From contig OZ076409.1 of the NCBI GenBank assembly GCA_964187785.1, forward strand, positions 97,280,001 to 97,344,000: a stretch of DNA of 64,000 nucleotides, written 5' to 3'. Made by a program: the position numbers and the translations under genes. This DNA is from Amphiscolops sp. MND2022 (taxonomy: Eukaryota). How positions within the stretch are numbered: the first letter of the stretch is position 1; each line of letters opens with the position of its first letter. Below the pieces are notes generated by a model. The model was not told the DNA's origin and ran no database searches. It saw nothing but the letters and a program-made list of their open reading frames with translations. Shown here piece after piece: positions 1 through 11,104 of the stretch.

Positions 1-580
1 GTGAATCACCGGTGGCCACCGGTGAAACTTTTTTTGAAAAATTCTAATAACTCAAATTTCAGTGTGTCAAATTTTGACGGTCATTCTTTTTTGGGTTTTA
101 TGCATGTTTTTACTGTTATATTGTTACTTATTGATTTCTGAGGGTTACCTTGATGGCCCGGGTAGCATTAAGGACGCTTTTCGGCACCGCGTATCCTGCA
201 GCCGCAAGATAGGTAGGATTTTCACAATTTTGGGGGTATTTTTGTTAATTTCTCCACCCAAAAACTAGATTTTATAGTCAAATTATTTTCATAATTTATT
301 GATTTTGATGTATCCAAATATAGATCTCAATTGTATTCAAGAGTAGATTTGAATCCCATGGTTCCGCGAAATATGCGCCTTTTTAATTTTTGCTCTATAA
401 TTCTGTTGAACTTCTGCCGATTTTTGCTGGACCTGCATCATCCTTGTACCATCGGTAGAACAATCGGTGACCACCGGTGGCCACCGCAAAATCTGCGGAT
501 GCCACCGCAGTGGTCCACCGGTGGGGCTTCGGTGGAACATCGGTGACCACCGGTGGACTGCGGTTGATTTCCAACCCGGG
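1..580. repeat. Window-truncated repeat with palindromic CACCGGTG subrepeats (probable end of a non-autonomous DNA transposon)
   Basis: CACCGGTG(G) clustered at 7-24 and 466-556; ends in ...TTCCAACCCGGG, resembling the terminus of the MITE at 44417-44592. Confidence 0.4.
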
Positions 581-921
581 AAGGATCATACATGCAATGA
601 AGTCATACAATGACCATAAAGGAAAAACACGTTGGTCACAGCAAGACTATGAAATGTATTGGATCTTTTCACTATGTCCCCTCCCTTTTGACTCGTTACA
701 CTTTGCACCCCCCCCCCCGTCACTAGAAAAAAGAAAGTTACTGGTTCATTTTTATTCATTCAAAGGAAAATTCATCTATTCTGTCAATCAATTGATTTCT
801 TCATATATATCAACACTTTATTTATATTGACTCTTTTTATCAAAATCCTCACTCAGCCAATCAGAAGCGTTGATATATAAGAGGAGATATGCGCTATTAG
901 AATTAGTATTAGACTTCACAC

Positions 922-1311
922 ATGTATTTAAAAATGTTTCACTTTGTCCTCCCCTTTTCCTATTTTGCGGGGGGGGCGGATAGTGAAAGAAATCCAACGT
1001 TTTTCCAGCATGGCGTCAAGTATCCATATATGGAAACATTGTATGAACTACATGTCAAACATAAAAGGTCAAACGGGGACATTTTTTTGTGTTTGCAGAA
1101 CGCTTCGGAGTGTGACTACTATTTGTCCCGAGGATATGTGAAGCTGAGCAACCGAAAACTGATCGAAGCACCCGCATTGGTGGCGAGGTTCACTGGCGAT
1201 GTCTGTTCGGAGGCATACGAGAAATATGACGTCACCAAACCCATAGCCGAGTTCGCAGTCTCTTTGACTGCAGTGGAGAGAGACGAGCCATTGCAATATG
1301 TAAGAATTTGA
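922..1311 (+). CDS. Hypothetical 129-aa protein
   Basis: ATG-initiated ORF richer in GC than its flanks; CCAAT (857-861), TATATAA (874-880) and TTAGT (903-907) upstream; no recognisable motif. Confidence 0.3.
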   Translation: MYLKMFHFVLPFSYFAGGADSERNPTFFQHGVKYPYMETLYELHVKHKRSNGDIFLCLQNASECDYYLSRGYVKLSNRKLIEAPALVARFTGDVCSEAYEKYDVTKPIAEFAVSLTAVERDEPLQYVRI

Positions 1312-1472
1312 CACTTTCAGCGAGAACAAGCCGTGAACGGCATAAGTCAGCGCCAAACCTAAGGCTCAAAACTAGCACGAAGACTTCGAAGTGTCGAGTA
1401 TTCTCTTCTACAGTATCCAAAAAACCCGAAAGTTGGACCGAACTGGCGCGCCGCGGGCATCCTTTTGAATTG

Positions 1473-1650
1473 TTATTTTCCGCCCACATATAATGAGGGA
1501 GGAAAATCATGATCTGTGTTCCGTTTTTCTCCAAATTCTGCTAAATCTCCTCCCAGTTTCGACCTCACTTAGAGATACTTGACTATTTTAGTTACTTGAT
1601 TATTCTAGTTATAGCGGAAAATATCCCGGTGCTTAGCGGGTGTCTTGTTT
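1473..1650 (+). mobile_element. Helentron/DINE-like non-autonomous element, family B
   Basis: 5' TTATTTTCCGCC...GGAGGAAAAT palindrome; 3' GCGGAAAAAT subterminal repeat + CCCG..CGGG hairpin + TCTTGTT; same ends recur at 3737, 5486, 27996 and 52760. Confidence 0.65.
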
Positions 1651-2116
1651 AACATCTATTCTGTTGCAAGATATCAAAAAAATGAAGGGAACCCTTTGGA
1701 GACGGTAAAAAGTTTCCGCAAAAAAACAAAAGTGAGTATTTTGAACAGTCTCATAGTGCCAAAAACTCTCACAAGAGGGACCCTTTGGGGTTTTTTTAAC
1801 ATATATTTCGTTAGAAAATGTCGAAAAAAAATTGAAGGACGGACCCTTTGCAGACATTGAAAATTTTTCGAAAAAAATCCCACAATGCCGAAAAACTGAA
1901 AAGGGGACACTTAAGTTTCGCCCGGCATTGTATGTTACGCTGGAAAAAAAAGAAAAACAACTTTTATAGTTCAATTCCGTGGGGCCAAATGGTCCAATTT
2001 GTCACCTTCAAGATTCGTAGAACTTTGTAGAACTATTTCGGCAAGTTTGTATAGGTTGATAAAAAAAGAGTCACTATAATAGTCGCGTTTCACCTCGTGA
2101 AGCGCAAACTCAAAAC
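1651..2116 (-). mobile_element. Helentron/DINE-like element family A, 5' fragment
   Basis: Reverse complement matches the starts of the copies at 60044 and 60387 (GCGCTTCA..GTGAAACGCGACTATTATAGTGACTC) and their internal GGGTCCC repeats. Confidence 0.6.
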
Positions 2117-3117
2117 ACACATGAAGTTTCCCCTCGATGAAACTGCTTCAACGTCTTACAAGTTGATGTAGGTTGCCAAATGCGGAGAAGTGGAAATGTT
2201 TTCAGTTGCAATTGAAATAGTAGAAGCTGCATTGTAATCCTACGAAGTTTTTCCAAGCAGGTTGGTCAAAAGTCTAGAAAAAAACTAAAATCTAATACTC
2301 TGAAAATAGATCTCGCACAGTAGAAAGAGCGACACATTTATTAAACAAGGAGGTCCGTTTAATTGCTCTCTTTCCGCGTGCCCCGTTGTTTTTGTTATCA
2401 ACCTTTTTCTACTGTACTGTGATTAGGAAGTCCTCCCCATTGTATTGATAGTCGTTATCAACCGTCTAAAATTTTTTATTTGCTCTCATTATCAATTTTA
2501 ATTGGTGCAATAAGGAAAACCTCAGACGGGGAAGAAACCCTCAGTTATTTTCCCAAAAACTTAGCTTTTATGGATCCAGCAGATTGTTTACTAGTTTCTA
2601 TCGCTATATATTTTTTGCCAGAAATTTTGGATTTTCATCTAATAGATAAAATGTTTGCTGTTTTTCATCGCGAAAATGAAAATAGCAAGTACAATACCTG
2701 TAAGGTGAACATTTTTTCACCTTTTGACACAGAGTTTTCAAAAAGGCTAGCTTTCTTCGAAAACAAAACTTATCTATGGCTTCCGTTTTTCTGAGAGAGT
2801 CTATAAAATCGATCAACGAGTTTATCAAAAAACCAAAGGAAGAACATTCAAAAATAGGACAAAAATAAAAAAAAACTTAACTTTTATTCAAATTTAGCTA
2901 GTTTTATCTTTCACAAATTTCAACTTTAAAGTTTTTGAGAACACAAGAGAAAACCAGATGAAATTCTATAACTTTTTTTAATATGATACTTTTGAAAAGT
3001 TTCAACCAGCTTCGTGAAGAATGAGCTAGAAATCAGCCCGTATGCTAATTTCCTAATCTCAATAGAGTATAGAGTACTTTAAGACATCTAAAACTCGGGT
3101 TTTATTATGCCCTAATT

Positions 3118-3557
3118 CATTACGACGCATAACTCTACAATTTTTGAAAACAGCGGAATTGACTGCTAGCACCTACCAGACCTGGATTCCGCTGTTTTAA
3201 ATTACGGATTTCAAAGACACACTTTATAACACGTGCAGCGGAATCCGCTTGCATTGTTCCTGGATTCCGGAGACAAATCTCTTTACATTGAATTTTTGGT
3301 GGATTCCAAAGGCAAATCTTACTACATTAGCAGCGGATTCCACGATTTCGAGCTGACCAATGCAGCGGATTCCGCGGATTTGCCTTATCGTCAACTGAAA
3401 TCGCGAGAAATTATTCACTGCGGTATTAGTCCCTGAATTCCGCGCGGCGAATTTCGCTCTTTGCGGTTGATATGTTTTAAAGCTTGGCCCAGGATTCCAC
3501 TGCTCAAACGGCTCAACTTTGAGCCGCACTAAAAGTGTAGGGTTATGCGTCGTAATG
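3118..3557. mobile_element. MITE with CATTACGA termini (CACTA/EnSpm-like)
   Basis: 22-bp TIRs CATTACGACGCATAAC(T/C)CTACA (21/22 match); TT on both flanks; internal GGATTCC/GGAATCC subrepeats. Confidence 0.7.
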
Positions 3558-3736
3558 TTCTGCTTTTACATGCTGCTGAAATGTCATTAGGCTTACCGCC
3601 ATTTCAATGCAAAACAGATTTGTCACGTTATAAAGTGCTAACTAGTGTTATCTTGAGCATGCTGTTTAAGAAGCTGCATTCACTCCAAATAGTAGTACAA
3701 CGAGATCATGTCGGTAACGCTGCGGAAAAATTTCAA

Positions 3737-3990
3737 TATTTTCCGCCCACATATAATGGGGGAGGAAAATCATGATCTGTGATAGGTTTTTTTTACAAAT
3801 TCTGCCAAACCTCCACGCTCCATCACTTGACTATTTCAACTACCTAACTATTTTATATAGTTATTTGACTATTTAGTCACTCAACCAATTTCCAGTTTTC
3901 ATTACCAAATCTCCACATGAGGTCGCGGGTTGGAACCCGGGCTGATGCGTTTTTTAGCGGAAAATATCCCATTGGTTAGCGGGCGTCTTG
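3737..3990 (+). mobile_element. Helentron/DINE-like element family B
   Basis: Same 5' and 3' terminal structures as 1473-1650. Confidence 0.65.
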
Positions 3991-5303
3991 GAAACGTCAT
4001 TGGTTAGCGTATTTTCTATTCGTCAGTGGAAACTGCAGTGAAGATATACAAGATTTACCACCAGAGGTTTTCTCAACATTCATGGTTTCATTAAAAAAAC
4101 ATGAATGCAGATATAAAAATACCCTGTAAAAAGTTCCATCAGTTTCGATTAGGTACTGATTTCATTTGAAACGATGCAGAAATTCGATACTGGTTAGATA
4201 GGAAGTTCCCATTTGAGAGAACTAATCGGTCTAAAAAATCTGAAAGTCGCATGGTGCCGAAGAAACCCAAAAAGGTACCATTTGGTCTAATTTCTACCTT
4301 AGCGAAGAAAGAATGTAAATCCGGCGCGTAAGTTCGAAATATTTTCTCCTTGTTTCCAGCTACTGTAGTGCCTTTCTTTGAAAACAACTGTTCGAAAACT
4401 GATTTCTCTTACAAAACGAAAATCAACAAAAGACTTTAAGCATGGGCAATCTTGACTTTTTACTTGTCAAAAAGGTGTAACGTCCGGCTAGCAGCGTACA
4501 TCCTAGAACTGGGACAACGCCTAGATTGCTTGAACAGGAGACCAGTGTCTTACTACAACCTAGGCATTAGTTTTTAATCCCAAATGGTCTCGTAAGGAGA
4601 CTTTTTCATACGTCTAAGGAGACTCCTCAAATTAGAGTTCCGTGGCGACATGCCGGCACACTCAAAGTCCGGACACGTCCAACAAACACGTAAAAACATT
4701 TCCTAAGATTCCTGCGTGTTCCTACATACACGCGAGGTCCAGAAATAGGGTTTAGCTAAAGTACAGTGAATTTCCGGAATAAAATCAAAATAAAAACCTA
4801 CTAGGTCAAACATCATTAAGCACCTGAAAAGCTGTACAAATACTGCAGAATAGCACTGGGAAAGCCGTTCTAGTCGGGACCGTTCTCAGCGAGTTCTGAG
4901 TCCTGGGTACAGTTCATACAAGAATTGCTCATTTTTCTTCATTTTTCTTCTGAACTCGCTCTTTCTATTTCTGGATCAGATTGCACAACACGGTAACGTT
5001 TGGGAGTGATTCTTCTCTTTTCAGCCTCTTCTGGGTGTCTTCGGGTGTTGGCGATACGGGGTGGGGCGTTGACCGTCTTTTTTTCTTACTTTTTGATTTT
5101 TGTGGACGTGCCAGGTCGGCCAGTTTAATTTTGTACATTTTGTGCTATCACACACTTTCGAAATTTTTTCGAAATTGTGTTTCAGCTGCCTGACGTTTCA
5201 AGACAATCGCCAGCTGAGAAAAAATTTTCCAGCTGACTTTAGGATTTCACAAACCAGTGGCTAACAACTAATTGCTGTGTTATTAAACAACATCATTTTT
5301 CAG

Positions 5304-5469
5304 TTGCAGACGGAATATCAAGAAACAACTTTCTGGGGCCAACACAGAGACGTTCTGTTTATTGCCCTAGGTCTTCTCATCGCCATCTCCAATCTGTATC
5401 TGTTCGTCAAGGCAGTCAAGATTGTGGAGGGACACAAGTTTTCCCACATTGCTATGGCAACCCTATCAG
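5304..5469 (+). CDS. Class A (rhodopsin-like) GPCR, internal exon (TM1 to start of TM2)
   Basis: TTTTCAG acceptor (AG 5302-5303) and CAG|GTCAGT donor; encodes LFIALGLLIAISNLYLFV (TM1 with conserved Asn) and IAMATLS; phase-1 end joins in frame to the exon at 25513; start exon not identified. Confidence 0.8.
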
Positions 5470-5485
5470 GTCAGTTGTTATTACT

Positions 5486-5978
5486 AAACAAGACGCCCGC
5501 TTTGCACCGGGATATTTTCCGCCTTCAATTGACTAACAATTGACGCTTAAACGGAAATTTACCTCCTTAGCAATTTACTTCGGATATAACGTCAAAATTC
5601 GGATATAGATCAATATTTTTGAACATACGCTTCCTCTTCAGTAAAACACAATTCAATTCGGATATAACGTTAAAAGTTCGGTTACAGCGTGCTGGTAGAG
5701 CGCATTTTTTTTCGAAAATCCGTCTCCTCCTTACTAAAATACAATATAGTTCGGATATAACGTCAAAAATTCGGAAATAGCGCAGTTTTTCGAATTCTCG
5801 CATCCTCCAGAGTAAAACGCAATTTACTTCGTATAGAAGTATGACCCCAAGTTCGGATACAACCAAATGGCAACTTCTTCTATAAGCACCAGGAGATTAT
5901 TAAACGTTGGCAGAATTTGAAAAAAAAACGGAACACAGATCATGCTTTTCTTCCCCCATTTATATGGGCGGAAAATAA
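5486..5978 (-). mobile_element. Helentron/DINE-like element family B with internal tandem repeats
   Basis: Family B termini in reverse orientation; about five internal TCGGATATAACGTCAAAA-type units. Confidence 0.65.
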
Positions 5979-6823
5979 CAATAACAAGAAAAATTCTTAA
6001 AGTAACATCGTTTTTTATTGTTTTTTTTTTCAAAGAAAAAACTGGATGATAACTAATATCAATTATGGAGGTTATCGTACAAACTACCTGAGTAATCAAC
6101 TATAAGACACAATAGGACCCAATCAATAGTTCCCAAAATACATTTGGTTGAATAAGTGCCTCAGTTAGGAACCCTTTAGTTGATTTAATTGGATCCAATT
6201 TTGCGTAGCCTAGTTTTACTCAATGGAAACCCTACAGCGTTGCATTGCTTCTAAACTCAAATCGGGACCCAGTTTTACGTTTATTTCGGAATTTAGCCGA
6301 ACTTCTTCCAAAACTTAGTACTGAGTTTATTGGCTCGGTCTGACAACCGTCAAAAGCAACTTACATGCCACCGTTTTATACCAAAAGTGACTTACAGATA
6401 ATTTAAACCTAATTTGCTGCTGATAATTTGCAACTAATAAGAATTTTTTGATTATCGCAACTTGCAATTAATACTTCTAGTTTTTGAGTGTCCGGGCGTG
6501 AAAATTCTTTGGAAACAAAGGACTCTAAGTGTATTTGTATTGCTCTGTTTTGGAGACCATTTCAACGAGAAAATGGAACATGTTTGAGAGTTCGATCAAA
6601 CTGGGAAATTCAAAGCTGCAAAAAAGCATACTGAACTCAAATTTACTAGAATAGAGTTCCCATAATGAGGGCTTGGATCAAGAAAGGCTTGAAAACAAAC
6701 ATGAAACCATGTATTTTTTTTAAAAAAAACATGGTTTTAATGCTGAAAACTCGAGGAACTTGTGAAATACCACATGTGCGTAAACTTTGGAAACCTAGTG
6801 TATGTTTATATTTGAAAGCCATG

Positions 6824-7060
6824 TGTGCTGCCTTAATTCTTAGTTGTGTGGTGGTTATTTTAGAGACTAACTAAGACAGGCTTATTCGAGGTTTATCTAG
6901 CTAGATTTCTGATGGTAAGAGTAGAACAAAAGGGAAGTCAACCAAATACTGATTATTAACTTTCTCTCTCTGAGGGAGTAGAGACTTACAATCATTCAAT
7001 AAATAAATGTACATTATATAAACATTAAAATACTATTGGTTATTAATGTAGGTCAGTACA
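6824..7060 (-). repeat. 3' LTR (237 bp)
   Basis: Identical to 24904-25140 by base-by-base reading; TGTGCTG...CAGTACA. Confidence 0.97.
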
Positions 7061-7075
7061 TCCATCCCGGTTTTT
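7061..7075 (-). other. Polypurine-tract-like plus-strand primer site
   Basis: Minus strand reads AAAAACCGGGATGGA immediately before the 3' LTR. Confidence 0.55.
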
Positions 7076-7904
7076 AAATAAAATAAAATTTTACAATAAC
7101 ATCATTAAATAAAATAATAAAAAAAATTTTTGTTTATATGTTTTTAGCGTTCCAGCTAGTTAACATTTTTCATTTGATGGATGATTGGCATAAGTCTCTT
7201 TAAGAGTTGTGTAAGTTCGACTCATTGATCTACCTCGAATTGTCAAAATTTTGATTGACACCTCGTAGGTGCGACTAACAGTTCAAAAGCGTCACAGTGT
7301 TCTTTTTCACTATGCTTTCGTCGGCTTGTTTTTTGAACTGGTAGATGCTCAATTTATGTTTCTGTTGAAGTTTTTGGAATAACTTCGCATTGAACAAACG
7401 TGAGAAAACATCATACGAGTTAGAGGTTAAAGAGTCATTGAAAAATTTTGTTGACAAAAAAATCTTTTATGTGTGAAAACTTTCTGAAATGATATCAGGT
7501 TGTGATTAACTTTGGCGGGTTTGTTATGTAAGAAGTGTTGAAAACTTCGAGAATTTAGGTCTATCATTATTCAAATCTGAGTTGAACAATGTGCTTGATC
7601 TAATTTTGAACTAGTTTTGTTGAAATTTGAGAGAAAAAAAATTTTTGTTAACATATATTGTATATCTGGATGGAATAGCACCGAAAAATAATAATTATTC
7701 ATTAAAAATGAGAGCAAATAAATATCGGTCTGGGCTGAAATTGGATTTTATGGGCAAATAAATAAGGGGGGGGGGAACTTTAAAATAAAATAAAATACAT
7801 ACTGCGAATGTTTTCTAATATATTTCTAAATATTATCATGCACAGTGTTTTTTCTTTGCTTTTGAGTTTCTTTATTCTTGCTAATTAATTATCTTCGGTT
7901 GGAC

Positions 7905-8075
7905 GATTGAAGATTGAAGATTGAAGATTGGAAGATTGGAAGATGGGCGAAAATGGGTCAGTTGGCGTCAATGAAGTTGAAGATGGGTGCTGGTTGAAGA
8001 TGGGTGCTGAAGACGGGTGCTGAAGTTGGGTGCTGAAGATGGGTGCTGAAGATGGAAGATGGGTGCCGAAGATGT
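7905..8075. repeat. Short tandem repeats in the 3' UTR of the element
   Basis: (GAAGATT)n followed by about six GAAGATGGGTGCT-type units. Confidence 0.8.
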
Positions 8076-8085
8076 CAATTTGAAG

Positions 8086-8562
8086 CTAGAAAGAGACGTA
8101 AGTATATGTTTTGAATGGGTTGTTGTCATCTAGAACTGCTTCGGGTGGGTCTTTTTGAAGTTCTTCATCCGTATCGGCGTTATCATCTGAAGGCCAATAG
8201 GAATTCAAATGTTGTTTTTCCATTTCGGAACGTATTCTATTTGTCAGATTGCGTAAAAAACGTTTGGGTTTTATGGTAGTATGTTCCGTTTGGGTAGCGG
8301 CGTCTCGTTGGGTTGAATTTGTATCTGGATGTCTGTGAATATTGAGGTACTGGTCGAAATTTATTTTTGTTATCTGGAATATTTGGAACATATTAAGCAA
8401 TATCATCCTTGTAAGATGGGGATTTGCCTTTTTGTCTGTTTTTAGCTGTGCATTTAATGTTGTTAAATGCTTTTTCAGGATTAAGGATCGTAGTCGAGCT
8501 GATGAAATGGAAAGCAAAGGAGCTATGGGGCAGTCTGTTTCGCCAGTATGGATAGTGGTCAT
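8086..8562 (-). CDS. Retroelement accessory ORF5 (158 aa) with TQT motif and acidic C-terminus
   Basis: ATG ORF co-oriented with gag-pol; RDAATQTE at 8284-8307; frame stays open upstream to a CTAATCTATTTTAG acceptor-like site (AG 8680-8679). Confidence 0.7.
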   Translation of the reverse strand: MTTIHTGETDCPIAPLLSISSARLRSLILKKHLTTLNAQLKTDKKANPHLTRMILLNMFQIFQITKINFDQYLNIHRHPDTNSTQRDAATQTEHTTIKPKRFLRNLTNRIRSEMEKQHLNSYWPSDDNADTDEELQKDPPEAVLDDNNPFKTYTYVSF

Positions 8563-9084
8563 TTTGAAATGAAATGAAGAATTCTTTTGGAAATTTGAGA
8601 ATAGCTGATGAAGTTCCCTTTGGATGGAAGGTTCGAAGATAGAAGGAATGCTGAAGAAGCAGTTTCTGCGATATTCACCTAAAATAGATTAGTTTGTTTA
8701 CATTAAATTTCTCTTTAAAATTGAATTTCATAGTTGACATTTTTTTGTTGTAATCTATGATGTTATAACTTTTTAATTTTAAGAATTAAGTTGCTGTATT
8801 TTGGAAGTCTTTTGAAGGGTATTTAAATATCTTTCATATGTGTACTTATTTGTTGAAATCGGTCCATTAAAAGGAGGAGCAAATTCTAAATTTTGTTAAA
8901 ATTTTTTATGTCGCTATTGAAAATTTTAGTTATTATTTAAATTTAAAGTGTATTTTAACATCAAGCATATATTAAATCATGCATAACAGGCATATACGTG
9001 TAGACTCAATTAATTTTGACAGGTTGTTAAGGGATTAAGAGTGGTAACACTTATCTCTTAAAGTTATTATCCGATAATTACCAG

Positions 9085-10392
9085 TTAAGATCGATGCATT
9101 TTTTCAATTGTATAGTTGAATTCGTCCAATGATGTGCGAATACACAAAGCTGATTGGCTAATTCTGGTCGTATCAAATACGATATTTTGTATTATGCTTC
9201 GAGCTTGTTCAAGGGCATTTACAATTTCGACAATTGTTGTAAGAATATCTCGGTTCGAATGGTGATAAGGTTTTATAATATTCAGAATTTCTGTATATTT
9301 CTGCAATTCTTCTGTTGGGCGAAAATGTTGTGGTTGAGGAGTATCATTTTTTATCTTCTTTGGTGATTCTTGTTTTGATTTTTTATGTTCTTTATGAATC
9401 TTTTCGTTATAATTCCCATTTGTAAGAAGTGATAGTAGGTGAGAAATAATGAAAATTAATTCATTATTTGAATATCCCTTTTTGGTCATTGCATAGAAAT
9501 AGGATTTTTCACAATCTCCCAAAGGTTGAGAGGCTATTTGTTGAAGTGGAGGAAGAGGATCGTGTATTTGTTGAGGAATATCTTCTTGTAATAATGGATC
9601 GTCGTTCAAAATGAGGTATTCTTGCGGAACAATGATTGGTCTTTTTGGGTTATCATTTGGAAGAAATAGGAAACTTTGTTTCAGTGGATCATAATTTCTA
9701 AGTTTTCCTTTGGTTTTAGTATGATCTATTAAATATTCTGAGTTGAGAATGAATGGCGAGGTGTATTTGGAGTTGAAGAATATGTAATTATCGGGCTCTT
9801 TATATTGGAGAAACTTTTGATACGTTATATGATGAGCCTTTTTAATTTGATATGGCAAGAAGTTTGCATCATTTTCTTCGGTTCGAAGATCGTATGGCGA
9901 TGGTCTGAGGAAGTTGTATTGTAATGAGAAAATTTTCACTTTATTATTTAACCACCAATCATATGGGGTTATCAATTTTGAAGCAATTGATGTATGATAA
10001 TCATTTCGAAATTCTCGAATGATGAATTTGTATTTTGTTGGAATCATATATAATGAAGTTAAATGAGATTGGAAGGTGAATTGTTTTGATGAGAGAATAG
10101 GAACTAATTCACAATCTCTATCTTCATCCTGTTTCATTGGTTTTATGAATGGAGGACAAGCGCCAGATTCCATAAAAGGTTTATCTGCAGTTATATCTGG
10201 GTATTTTCTCTTTTGAGATCTTGCGTTAACATAATCTATTTGTTCAACAGGAATAGTTTCTATGGGATCTTGAGAGTTAAAAGAAGAATTATTTTCTTCG
10301 TTGACATTTTGTTGAATAGTTATATTCAAAGGGGGTGCAAGCAATTCAGAGGGAGTAGAATTTACTACATCAATTTCAGGCAAGGATTCCAT
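9085..10392 (-). CDS. Retroelement accessory ORF4 (435 aa), unknown function
   Basis: Long uninterrupted ATG ORF inside the LTRs, on the same strand as gag-pol. Confidence 0.85.
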   Translation of the reverse strand: MESLPEIDVVNSTPSELLAPPLNITIQQNVNEENNSSFNSQDPIETIPVEQIDYVNARSQKRKYPDITADKPFMESGACPPFIKPMKQDEDRDCELVPILSSKQFTFQSHLTSLYMIPTKYKFIIREFRNDYHTSIASKLITPYDWWLNNKVKIFSLQYNFLRPSPYDLRTEENDANFLPYQIKKAHHITYQKFLQYKEPDNYIFFNSKYTSPFILNSEYLIDHTKTKGKLRNYDPLKQSFLFLPNDNPKRPIIVPQEYLILNDDPLLQEDIPQQIHDPLPPLQQIASQPLGDCEKSYFYAMTKKGYSNNELIFIISHLLSLLTNGNYNEKIHKEHKKSKQESPKKIKNDTPQPQHFRPTEELQKYTEILNIIKPYHHSNRDILTTIVEIVNALEQARSIIQNIVFDTTRISQSALCIRTSLDEFNYTIEKMHRS

Positions 10393-10843
10393 TATTTAGA
10401 CTTGCGTGCTTTTGTAGAGCTAAAATAATTATAATTTCTAATGATACTAGGTCTGGTACTAGACAAAATTAGTGTTATATCCTTTTTATCCATTAATTTG
10501 TTAAAATTTAAGTTTAAATTGTACTTACACTATGGAATATTGAATCAATGGTTGGTTGAACACATCAACAATCACAGTGGCATCTATTCCCGGAATAGAA
10601 ACTTCTGTGGTTTTGGTTTTCTAGATGGAGTGGAAATCCAATTGAAGTCTTCTGGTTGAAGGCTGAGTTGTGATAGAAGATGAGGGCTGAGTTGTGATAG
10701 AGTGAAATTTCTTTCAGTTAAAAAGGAAGAACTGGTCCGGGTGAGAATTTGGGTTTGAATGAAAGTTAAGCTGAGAAGAATTTTATTAATAATATTCTGA
10801 ACTTTTTCAGAGGTTAATTTGTTTATTGAGTTAGTTCTTTTTG

Positions 10844-11104
10844 CTAGGTGGGGTTAAATTTTATGAAGACTTTAGCAGGGCTTTCCGGTATAGTTATTAT
10901 ATTCGGCAATACTGGGTCATAGTCCTGAGAATTAATATCGTTGATAGTAGTTGGGTGTGTCTTTTGCGGTGATTGAAATGTTGAATTCTTACTGGAACAT
11001 TTAGGAGGTAAATAAGGGGAGTCATTATCAGAGTATTTTCTTTTTACATCTTTTTCCGGCAATAGGATATTATCATTTTCACTTGTTGTGATTTTATGTT
11101 TAGT
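10844..11104 (-). CDS. In-frame 86-codon extension after the env stop (possible read-through cytoplasmic tail)
   Basis: Frame continues ATA-TAG-ACT-AAA-CAT... without a stop to the TAG at 10846-10844. Confidence 0.5.
   Translation of the reverse strand, partial: TKHKITTSENDNILLPEKDVKRKYSDNDSPYLPPKCSSKNSTFQSPQKTHPTTINDINSQDYDPVLPNIITIPESPAKVFIKFNPT

Noticed and set aside
10596..10853. Met-less frame of roughly 85-90 codons between the env extension and ORF4
   Set aside because: Short, no start, no motif and partly made of a local duplication; expected by chance on this G-poor strand
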